A stretch of 64,000 nt of DNA. Source: an uncultured Spirochaetota bacterium. Lineage in GTDB: Bacteria; Spirochaetota; Spirochaetia; SZUA-6; CAVTHK01. A program made the translations under genes and the position numbers. Positions within the stretch are counted from its first letter, which is position 1; every line of letters begins with the position of its first letter. Below, in pieces: positions 18,654 to 27,372 of this stretch. Location of the stretch: contig CAVTHK010000005.1 of the NCBI GenBank assembly GCA_963734495.1, positions 64,001 to 128,000 of the forward strand. Reading direction: 5' to 3'. A model generated the notes under the pieces. It was given only the letters and a program-made list of their open reading frames with translations, ran no database searches and was not told where the DNA came from.

Positions 18654-20331
18654 CGGGACGCGGGGGCGGAACTTCGCCGTCTCATGCCTCCTCTTCGTCC
18701 TTGCAGCGGCAACGCCGTCCTTGCGGGCGCAGGCGGCGCCGGGGACGATTTTCGAGCTCGCCGGCTCAGGCTCGCCGGAAGCGGTAGCCGACACCATCCA
18801 CCCGGGGACGAACCTCGGACAGCACGACGCACAGGGGGTGACGCCGCTGCACTACGCCGCGCGATCGAGCCCCTACCCCGAGGTGCTGGCCGAGCTGCTC
18901 GCCGCAGGCGCGTCCGTTGCAGCGAGCGATGACAGCGGCAGGACTCCCCTGTATTACGCCGCCCGATTCAACCCGAAGCCTCAGATCGTGAGCAGCCTCC
19001 TCGCGGCCGGCGCGAAGGTGGATCGGCCCGACGCGGCCGGGGTCACTCCTCTGATGGCCGCGGCTTCGAGCGGCCCTCCTGGGGTTATCGACGTGATCCT
19101 CCGCGCCGGGGCGGACGTCAACATCGCGGACGTCGACGGCAGGACCCCTCTGATGTACGCCGCGGGGAACCCGTACGAGGGGGCGGTGTCGCGGCTGATT
19201 GCCGCCGGCGCCAGAACTGCAGCCACCGACAGGACCGGAATGACCCCTGTGCTCTACGCCGCCGCCGAGAACGACAATCCTGAGGTGATCTCGCAGCTGC
19301 TGCGGACCGGCGCGCGCGTCGCAGAGCGCAACAGGACCGGCATGACGGCGCTCATGCTCGCCTCGGGCTGGAACGACAACCCGGCGGTGGCGCGGGCCCT
19401 GCTGGCCGCAGGCTCCGACGTCAACGCGCGAAACGCAAACGGTATGACTCCTCTTGTCATAGCCGCCGCCTACAATCAGGACCCTGCGGCGACCAGGCTT
19501 CTCCTGGAGGCCGGAGCAAGGCTCGAAGCGCGCTCGGATCGCGGGTGGACGGCCCTGATGTTCGCCGTCGATGGGAACAGCAATCCGAACGTCATATCGG
19601 CGCTGCTGGACGCAGGTGCGGATCTGGAAGCGCGGGACAATGACGGAAGGACGCCGCTCATGTGGGCGGCGGCGGAGACCATGAATCCCGAGATTCTCAA
19701 GATGCTTCTGGCAAGGCATCCTCGGGTCGATGAGCGGGACAATCAGGGGCTGACGGCTCTCATGCTGGCGGTCCTGCTCAATCCAGACCCGCAGATCACC
19801 CGGATCCTGATCAGCTCTGGAGCGAACGTGGAGAGTGCGGACGAGACGGGTGCGACGGCTCTCATGCTCGCCACCACGCGTCGCGGGCCGATCTGCGCGC
19901 CGACGCTGACGCAGTCGAGTTGGGTAAGGTCGCCCCTGTCGGCGCTCCTGCCCCCCGGGGCGAGCAATCCCGGCTCGCTCTACCTCAGCCTGGAAAACCT
20001 GAAGGGCTTGCTCGCGGCGGGCGCGCGGCCGGACGAGAGGGACCACCGCGGAAGAACGGCGCTCATGTACGCTGCCGGCTGGAGCTCCGTTCCCGCAGTC
20101 ATCGAGACGCTGGTCGCAGCAGGGGCCGGGGTCAACGACCGGGACGAAAACGGAATGACGGCCCTCATGTGGGCGGCCAAGCAAGCGAGGAATGCGGACA
20201 TCCTTCGCGCCCTGCTTGCCGCGGGCGCGGATGCTGGGCTCAAAGACGATGCAGGAGACAAAGCCTACGACCTTGCGCGTAAGAGCGACAGTGTGGCCGC
20301 AGAGAGGCTCCTCAGCGGAGTTTTGGAGTAA
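18631..20331 (+). CDS. Exported ankyrin-repeat protein (about 14 repeats)
   Basis: Repeated GxT(P/A)LMxAAxxNxNPxVxxxLLxAGA units after a signal-like segment. Confidence 0.92.
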   Translation: MLSSFPIDGTRGRNFAVSCLLFVLAAATPSLRAQAAPGTIFELAGSGSPEAVADTIHPGTNLGQHDAQGVTPLHYAARSSPYPEVLAELLAAGASVAASDDSGRTPLYYAARFNPKPQIVSSLLAAGAKVDRPDAAGVTPLMAAASSGPPGVIDVILRAGADVNIADVDGRTPLMYAAGNPYEGAVSRLIAAGARTAATDRTGMTPVLYAAAENDNPEVISQLLRTGARVAERNRTGMTALMLASGWNDNPAVARALLAAGSDVNARNANGMTPLVIAAAYNQDPAATRLLLEAGARLEARSDRGWTALMFAVDGNSNPNVISALLDAGADLEARDNDGRTPLMWAAAETMNPEILKMLLARHPRVDERDNQGLTALMLAVLLNPDPQITRILISSGANVESADETGATALMLATTRRGPICAPTLTQSSWVRSPLSALLPPGASNPGSLYLSLENLKGLLAAGARPDERDHRGRTALMYAAGWSSVPAVIETLVAAGAGVNDRDENGMTALMWAAKQARNADILRALLAAGADAGLKDDAGDKAYDLARKSDSVAAERLLSGVLE

Positions 20332-20335
20332 GAGA

Positions 20336-20995
20336 GTGAGCTCGGATTCCGTCCGCCGGAGATTCTACCGTGTCCATGCCATAGTCGTTCTCACCCTCGC
20401 GACTCAGGTTGCGCTGCCGCGCCAGGCCTCCGCGCACCCTGTCATCCTCATTACCTATCGAATGCAGTTCCGGTTCGACGAGCACGAGCTCCAGGGCTTC
20501 TATGAGACGTGGCGCTTCGACCAGGTCCACTCCGCGCAGATCCTGCAGATGTTCGATGCGAATCACAACGGACGGATCGACCCTCAGGAGCTGTCGGCCC
20601 TGCGCCAGGGCTATTTCGACGACCTCAAAGACTATAGTTACTTCACCAGCATGGTGCTCAACGCCAAGGAGGTGGCCACCGCGGAGGTCACCGAGTTTTC
20701 GGCGGCGTTCGAGAATCAACGGATGATCTATCGCTTCTTCGTGGCCCTGAAGGCGCCGGTCACGTCGAGCGAGCAGGAAATCGACGTGACGGTCTGGGAC
20801 CCCACCTACTACACCGATCTCAGCCCCGAGGGAGAGGACGCTCTGACCATGCTCAGGCCCGACTCGATCGCCGCCACGATCTCAACTGCCAACGATCAGC
20901 GCCACTTCTACAATCTCGCCCCCGGCGTCTCCCTGGTCAAGAAGCCTCCCTTCTATCTCAAGATGATTGTCGTGCGGTTCAGGCAGAACGACTGA
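20336..20995 (+). CDS. DUF1007 family exported protein (second copy)
   Basis: ASAHPVILI, WRFDQVHS, EF-hand-like DANHNGRIDPQE, VWDPTYY. Start is uncertain. Confidence 0.75.
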   Translation: MSSDSVRRRFYRVHAIVVLTLATQVALPRQASAHPVILITYRMQFRFDEHELQGFYETWRFDQVHSAQILQMFDANHNGRIDPQELSALRQGYFDDLKDYSYFTSMVLNAKEVATAEVTEFSAAFENQRMIYRFFVALKAPVTSSEQEIDVTVWDPTYYTDLSPEGEDALTMLRPDSIAATISTANDQRHFYNLAPGVSLVKKPPFYLKMIVVRFRQND

Positions 20996-21032
20996 GGGAC
21001 CGAACAGGCACGGAGGGGGCGGAAGAGTCCTT

Positions 21033-21980
21033 TCATCGCAGAGCCCCCTCGGAGCCCGGCGCAGGAACCTCTCCTGCTTCGATCCCGAACCGGGAGCGCA
21101 AGAACGCATCCAGTTGCCTCGCCACCACGAGCAATCGATCCGCGTGCGCGGCAACCTCGGCCTCGGAACCGAGCCTTTCGGCCGCCCGCACAAAGTAGGA
21201 TCGAAGAACACGCAACGGCTGCTGCATGAGGTAGGCCTGGAACTCGTTGACCGCCAAGTACCGGTCGGAGCTGTCGTAGGAGAGCGAATCGAGAAAGGAG
21301 ACAAAGAAGGCTCGGTCGTCCGGGGCGAGCCCGTCCCAGAGATGGAAACAGTAGGTGCGATACCACGCGGAGGAAAAGAATACACCGTGAAAAGACTCGT
21401 GCCCCAGGAGCAGCCTTCGCTGGATCACGTCTGAAGCGCGCGATATCGAGAGGACTCCGCCCTCGACGGGAGAGAGACGACCGCCACTCTCCGCGAGGAC
21501 GCCCTCGCGCAGCGCAATTGCCAGCAGGTCCCACTCCTCTGGGTTGAGTGGGAAGCTGCTTGCGCGGGCGGCGTTGAAGAACGCAGCGAGCGCCTGCGCG
21601 CCGTAATCGTGGGCGTTCCAGGCGTGCCTTCCTTCGAGGTCCGCGTTCGTGAGGAGCCTCCCGCGGAATCCCTTCTTCTCGACGAAAAAGGCGAGCCGCG
21701 CGAACATGCGGTCCTGAAAGGTGTAGGAGATCGTGTCGAAGATCAGCACCGAGGGAAAACGGTTCCACCGATACAACTCGTAGGGCGGTTTGCGCCATTC
21801 CGAGGGCGAGTTCGCGAGCACCTGCGGCAACGAAGCAAGCGCCGGTGCCAGCACGTCTGCGCTTCGGCCAGAGTCCCCCGCGGGCGTTGGGCTCTCGCGC
21901 GCCTGAACCACAGAGAGCCCTCCCATCAGCAATATCAGCGCCAGTGGTCCGCTCACCTTCACTCTTTGCCGTCCCAGCAT
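21033..21980 (-). CDS. Exported hypothetical protein with HExxH motif
   Basis: Signal peptide; LAFFVEKKGFRGRL, WNAHDY, GHESFHG, NEFQAY. Confidence 0.7.
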   Translation of the reverse strand: MLGRQRVKVSGPLALILLMGGLSVVQARESPTPAGDSGRSADVLAPALASLPQVLANSPSEWRKPPYELYRWNRFPSVLIFDTISYTFQDRMFARLAFFVEKKGFRGRLLTNADLEGRHAWNAHDYGAQALAAFFNAARASSFPLNPEEWDLLAIALREGVLAESGGRLSPVEGGVLSISRASDVIQRRLLLGHESFHGVFFSSAWYRTYCFHLWDGLAPDDRAFFVSFLDSLSYDSSDRYLAVNEFQAYLMQQPLRVLRSYFVRAAERLGSEAEVAAHADRLLVVARQLDAFLRSRFGIEAGEVPAPGSEGALR

Positions 21981-22088
21981 CAGCGATAAGTTACCGATGG
22001 CTTGCGCTCATGGAAAGGGCAGCTCCTCGCGGCCGATGTACTTGGGCAAGGCCAGAGCAACGGACCGCCTTGCATTCAACCTCGCTGT

Positions 22089-22865
22089 CTAGCCCGAGCG
22101 GTGTCGCGCTCGTGAGGACAAGACCAGATACAGCACGAACGCCGCCGCGACGAGAATGGTCACCGTAGCGACGACCTGGAGTGTCCGGAACACGAACCTG
22201 TGACTGACCGGGTCGAGCGCGAAGCACACCTGGAGGAGACGCGCGACGCTCACGCCGATGACTCCCTGGCGGGCCTCCAAGAAGGCCAGCTTGAGCTCTG
22301 CAGGGAGGAACGAAGCCCCATACATGTATCGGACAACCTCGCCCGACGGGGAGAGGATCACGATAGCGACCGGGTGATCGAAGTAGTCGCCGTTGCGCTG
22401 AAAGCTGAAGCCCACCGCATCCGCTACGGAGCGGATGTCAGCCTCGTCTCCGACCAGAAACCGCCATGCCGCCGGCGGGAAAGGCGCCTCGATCGTCTCC
22501 AGGGCGATGTGCTTCGCCTTTGCCGCATCAGCGGGGGTCTCCACGTCGTTGATACTGATGGACACGACATTGTAGAGGGTGCCCGCGTCTGCAGCCAACG
22601 CGGTCAATGCGCCCGCCACGTTCGTCAGGAGGTAGTCGCAGATGTTTGGACAGTGATAGTAAACCAGCGTAAGAAGCGTCGGCCTGCCCAACAGCGACCC
22701 AAGAGAGAGCCGCGCGCCGTCGCTATCGGTGAAGACCGCTTCGGGCGGGACTTCGTTGCCAAGCCTCTGGTCGATGCCAATGGAGCGCTGCGCCGCGTCG
22801 CCGTCCGCATCCATGCGCGCGAAAGGCAAGAGGATCAGCGCAAAGGCTACAAGCGTGTGGCGCAC
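22089..22865 (-). CDS. SCO family protein with C-terminal TM (oxidase-associated type)
   Basis: GIDQRLG, LVYYHCPNIC, FDHPVAIVILSPSG, RYMYG, C-terminal hydrophobic helix. Confidence 0.88.
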   Translation of the reverse strand: MRHTLVAFALILLPFARMDADGDAAQRSIGIDQRLGNEVPPEAVFTDSDGARLSLGSLLGRPTLLTLVYYHCPNICDYLLTNVAGALTALAADAGTLYNVVSISINDVETPADAAKAKHIALETIEAPFPPAAWRFLVGDEADIRSVADAVGFSFQRNGDYFDHPVAIVILSPSGEVVRYMYGASFLPAELKLAFLEARQGVIGVSVARLLQVCFALDPVSHRFVFRTLQVVATVTILVAAAFVLYLVLSSRARHRSG

Positions 22866-22888
22866 AGCACTCTCGACGCCGGGTCGGC

Positions 22889-23395
22889 CTATCGTCCGTC
22901 CAAAAGCACCCGGACGTTGTACACAATATGATCAGGCAGCACGTCGGCGTCCATGGCCGCGCGAAGCTTCCTTGATCGATCGATAAACCAGTACGGGGCG
23001 CGGTGTGACACCTCATACCCGCCGCCGAAACGGTCGATCAATCGACCTGTTGTATTGAGGTCATCGTTGCTCAATCCCGGTTTCCGGTACTCTTCGCGGC
23101 CCTGGGATTGGCCCGCCTCCGAGCCACCGAAATCGTGGTCCTCCGCGCCCACTGACACGCCGATGCCGTAGTCGGTCCAGTCCTGCTTGACGGCCTTGAC
23201 CGGTCCTGTCAGGAAGTGACAGCTGTCGAACACCCCTGCCTCACGGATGTAATCGGCGACGACTTTCTGCGTGTCACGTTCAGGATCCGTCGTCACAGCC
23301 ACAAACACCACGTCCTTGATGTCGGAACCAAGCAGGGGGATGGCCGCCTTGAGGGCCCCGCCTGCTCTCGTTAGCGACGCTCGCGGCCAGGCCAT
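22889..23395 (-). pseudogene. 5'-truncated SCO paralog
   Basis: VVFVAVTTDPERDT...FGGGYEVSHRAPYWFID resembles 9608..10354. Signal and CxxxC are missing; breaks off next to the 86-bp repeat. Confidence 0.8.
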
Positions 23396-23403
23396 CTATT
23401 GAA

Positions 23404-23489
23404 TGGTCTTCATCCCGCGGCAGGTGGTTGCGGCGCGTCGGCAGCGATCGGATGGAGGGGGCCGGCGGAACGCGAGCTGCAAGGGGCTG
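23404..23489 (-). repeat. Right copy of perfect 86-bp inverted repeat
   Basis: Exact reverse complement of 8559-8644. Confidence 0.95.
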
Positions 23490-23841
23490 GTGGAAGGATC
23501 CCCCCCGAGCAAACGAGTCGTCCAAGCGACACAGGTCGGCGCGGTACGGGCGAGGAAGCGGAGATTCCGATAGGCCCGTTGATAGCACGCTGTCGGCGTG
23601 CAGCGAACACGGTGCGCTCAACATCTGGGAGGTCTTCTCAAGCGTGAGGCCCATGCTGCTTGAAGAAGATGGCAACCAAACCGGACCGATCTCTCAGAGC
23701 CGACCCGCAGCAAGATTCTGGCGCGGAGCGGGCAATCCTTCTATTATGAGGCCGGCGATGACGCCGAGGTTCGCGCTCGGCCCATTCGGTGGGTGCGAGC
23801 ACGAGGTTCGGCGAGAGGGCGCAGGTGAGGAACACGACCGA

Positions 23842-24933
23842 ATGGGACAAGTCGTAATAGAGAACCCGATCATCAACTCTCCTTTCGACGAGCCGACGCG
23901 GCACTTCAAGTTCTCGGATGACGGCATCACCAACGAGATAATCGACGGTCGGCGACGCAGCTCGTACTTCGTGCCTATCGCCAAGGCGAGAAAACAGGGT
24001 TCTAGGCAGCTCTACTTTGACACCGAGTGGACCCGGGACCGCATCGAAGAAAACAGATTAGTGAACGCGATCCGTCAGCGTGTTGCCTTGTGGCGTAAAG
24101 GCGGCTACGTCGGCGTAACGCCGACGACCGCACGTCTGATCAGCTACTGGACCGACGCCAACCGCGAGAAGAAGCTCTTCTTCTGTCAAATGGAAGCCCT
24201 CGAAACGGCGATCTACATCACCGAGGTTGCGAAGAAGTACGGGGACGCTTGGATAGAGAACGAGATACGTGAGGCGAACAACGCATCCAGTCCTGGCCTA
24301 CCGTGCACTGCGTTCAAGATGGCCACCGGCTCGGGCAAGACCGTCGTGATGGCCATGCTTATAGCATGGCACGCGCTCAACAAGCGCGCCAACTTGCAGG
24401 ATGCCCGCTTCTCGGACACATTCCTGATTGTCACGCCCGGTATCACCATCCGCGACCGTCTGCGTGTGCTGCTACCCAACGATCCGGAGAACTATTACCG
24501 CCAGCGCGACGTCGTTCCGCCGCAATTGCAGGAACAGCTCGTGCAGGCCAAGATCATCATCACCAACTATCACGCCTTCCAGCTGCGGGAGAAGGTCGCC
24601 GCAGGCAAGATCACGAAGTCGATCCTTGCTGATGGGAAGACGAGCCTGTTCACCGAAACTCCCGACCAAATGGTCCGCCGGGTCTGTCGCGAGTTAAGCA
24701 CCAGGAAGAGCATCATCGTTCTAAACGACGAAGCCCACCATTGCTACCGGCGCAAACCCGACGGCCAGGACGAAACACTTACTGGCGATGATCGGATAGA
24801 GGCCCGCTGTCCTTCAGGCACTTCCCGTACTCGCCCCAATCAGTCTTCCATTCATGTGTTGACCGTTCCCTCCATTTGGCGAGCATCGCCCTGCGTCCCG
24901 ATGCCACGCGATCATTTTCACTATCACCTGTAG
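23842..24933 (+). pseudogene. Type III restriction endonuclease (Res) subunit, 3'-truncated
   Basis: VIENPIINSPFDEPTRHF, LFFCQMEALET, Walker A KMATGSGKT, DEAHHCY. Similarity stops near 24800 and later helicase and nuclease motifs are absent. Confidence 0.85.
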
Positions 24934-25297
24934 CGCCCCGCGAGATCGACGACCCCGGGTTGCCCCTGGCGGAGTTGCCGGCAGCGCTTGCGTTCTGGAC
25001 GCGCCACGTCATAGTTCTCGCATCGGGGGAGCGGGAGCCATGAAAGCGAAGACAAGAGATAGATCAGCAGCGGCTAGTACTGCGACGCAAGACTATCAGC
25101 CGATCATCTTCACTATCACCAGGCAAACGCGTCGCAGGGTGACCGTGCCGCTTAGGACGGTCGCGGAGGCTGGGGGGGCGAACGGACACTGTCCGCGGTC
25201 TCGCGCTCGTGGTAGGATGTTGCGGGCATCCGAGTCATGGGCAACTGTTGAACCTGGCAAGGGTCGTCGAGAATGGGGCAGTCGAGGAGGAAGAACC

Positions 25298-26278
25298 ATG
25301 CAGACGGGAAGCCGGCGCAAGGGCCATTTCGGCTTGCGAGCGCTAGTGGCAGTCGTGGTGTTGGGCCTGGCCGCGACGGCGACCATGGCGCAGAAGCTGG
25401 TTCTGTACACGGCCAGCAACGACGAAATCGAGAAGGTGGTGATGGAGGCCTTCAAGAAGGTTCACCCGGAGATCACGGTCGAGGCGATCAACCTGTCCAC
25501 CGGGCCGGTGGTGCAGCGGGCCATCGCTGAGAAGGCCAATCCGCAGGCCGACGTGGTCTGGATGATCAACGATGTGGCCATGAATCAGCTCAAGGCTGCC
25601 GGGGTGTTCGAGCCCTACGAGCCCAAAGGAGCCAAGGTACCGGAGGAATTCCGCGATCCGGACGGCTTCTGGACGGCCCACAACGCGACCATCATGGCTC
25701 TCGCGGTCAACACCAGGCTGCTGCAAGAGAAAAAGCTTCCCATGCCCGCCACGTGGGAGGATCTTACCAAGCCCGTGTACAAGGGTATGGTCAGCATGCC
25801 GGCCGCGACCAAATCAGGGACCGGGCTCACTATCGCCATGACGCTCTACGACGCCTACGGGTGGGACTTCCTCGATCGGCTCCACGCCAACATCTTCCAA
25901 TACCAGTCCAGCGGCAGTGCCCCGGCCCGCCAGGCGGCCGCGGGCGAGGTCGCGATCGGGCTCACCTATGATACCGCGATCATCCAGCAAATCCGCGCCG
26001 GCCAGCCGATCGAAATGGTCTACGGCGGGATGTCGCCCAACGTGATGGAAGGAGCCGGGCTGGTCGCCAAGGGGCCTCACCCGACGCAGGGGAAGCTGTT
26101 CCTTGACTTCCTGTTCGGGCCCGAGGCCGGCAAGGCCTTCGCGCCGTTCGTCGGCATCGGTGCCGCGCCGGGGGTCACCAACGTGGACTTGGCGAAGGTG
26201 AAGATGTGGAAGATGAAGAAGCCCATCGACGCCGAGGCCTTCAAGCGGGACTGGGCCGCCAGGTACGAGAGCAAGTAG
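25298..26278 (+). CDS. ABC substrate-binding protein (AfuA/FbpA/PhnS-like)
   Basis: LVLYTAS, AEKANPQADVVW, PATWEDLTKPVYKG, KSGTG; RBS gaggagg. Confidence 0.88.
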   Translation: MQTGSRRKGHFGLRALVAVVVLGLAATATMAQKLVLYTASNDEIEKVVMEAFKKVHPEITVEAINLSTGPVVQRAIAEKANPQADVVWMINDVAMNQLKAAGVFEPYEPKGAKVPEEFRDPDGFWTAHNATIMALAVNTRLLQEKKLPMPATWEDLTKPVYKGMVSMPAATKSGTGLTIAMTLYDAYGWDFLDRLHANIFQYQSSGSAPARQAAAGEVAIGLTYDTAIIQQIRAGQPIEMVYGGMSPNVMEGAGLVAKGPHPTQGKLFLDFLFGPEAGKAFAPFVGIGAAPGVTNVDLAKVKMWKMKKPIDAEAFKRDWAARYESK

Positions 26279-26298
26279 GCGCGGGCCACCGCGAAGGC

Positions 26299-27366
26299 AT
26301 GACCGACATCGCCTTTTCGAACATCACGAAGAGTTTCGGCGCGGTGAAGGCGCTGGACGGAGTGTCGCTGGACATCGTCTCGGGGGAGTTCGTCTGCCTC
26401 CTGGGGGCCAGCGGCTGTGGCAAGACGACGCTGCTCCGCGTCCTGGCCGGCTTTACCCGGCCCGATTCGGGCGAGGTGCGGGTCGACGGCAAGCGGGTGG
26501 ATCACCTGCCGCCGCACAAGCGCGAGGTGGGGTTCGTCTTCCAGTCCTACGCCCTATTCCCGACGAAGACCGTCGGGGATAACATCGGCTTCGGCCTGGC
26601 TGTGCGCCACCGGCCACGGGCGGAGATCGCCCGCCGAGTGGCCGAATTGTGCGTGCTTACGCGGCTGGAAGGACTCGAAGGGCGCTATCCACACGAGCTG
26701 TCGGGTGGCCAGCAGCAGCGGGTGGCCCTGGCTCGGGCCCTGGCCACGGAGCCGTCCATACTGCTCCTGGACGAGCCGCTCTCGGCGCTCGACGCGAAGA
26801 TCCGCGCCCACCTCAGGGGGGAGATCCGTGCCATCGTGGACCGGCTAAAGGTCACCACGGTCTACGTCACGCACGATCAGGAGGAGGCGCTCTCCATCGC
26901 CGATCGCGTCGCGGTGATGGAGGCTGGCCGGCTTCTGCAGGTGGGCCCGCCGATGAGCATCTACCTGCATCCGCGCCAGCGCTTCGTAGCCGACTTCGTC
27001 GGGGCCAGCAATATGCTCCCCGGACGCCTGCTCAAGGGCAGCAGTGTCGAAGTGGACGGGCTGCGTCTGGAGGTGCCGGTTCCCGAGCCGCTGCGCGACG
27101 CAACGAACGTCACGGTGTGCATCCGGCCCGAGCATCTGGTGCTGCGACGCCCCGAACCGGGGGCCTCGGGCGGGGCATGCACCGTGGACGCCATCACTTT
27201 CGCCGGCCCCATGGTGCGGGCCCGCCTCGTCACCGCCGGGGGGCAATCGCTGATCGCCGATGTGCCGACGCACGAGTGGCTGACACTGGGCATCCGCCAG
27301 AACGACTCCGCCGTCTGGAGCGTGCGCAAAGATACGCCGATCCTGCTCCCCGCCGGGGACTGTTGA
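26299..27366 (+). CDS. ABC ATP-binding protein (PotA/FbpC-like)
   Basis: GASGCGKTT, FQSYALFP, LSGGQQQRVALAR, VTHDQEEAL. Confidence 0.92.
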   Translation: MTDIAFSNITKSFGAVKALDGVSLDIVSGEFVCLLGASGCGKTTLLRVLAGFTRPDSGEVRVDGKRVDHLPPHKREVGFVFQSYALFPTKTVGDNIGFGLAVRHRPRAEIARRVAELCVLTRLEGLEGRYPHELSGGQQQRVALARALATEPSILLLDEPLSALDAKIRAHLRGEIRAIVDRLKVTTVYVTHDQEEALSIADRVAVMEAGRLLQVGPPMSIYLHPRQRFVADFVGASNMLPGRLLKGSSVEVDGLRLEVPVPEPLRDATNVTVCIRPEHLVLRRPEPGASGGACTVDAITFAGPMVRARLVTAGGQSLIADVPTHEWLTLGIRQNDSAVWSVRKDTPILLPAGDC

Positions 27367-27372
27367 ATCGGC

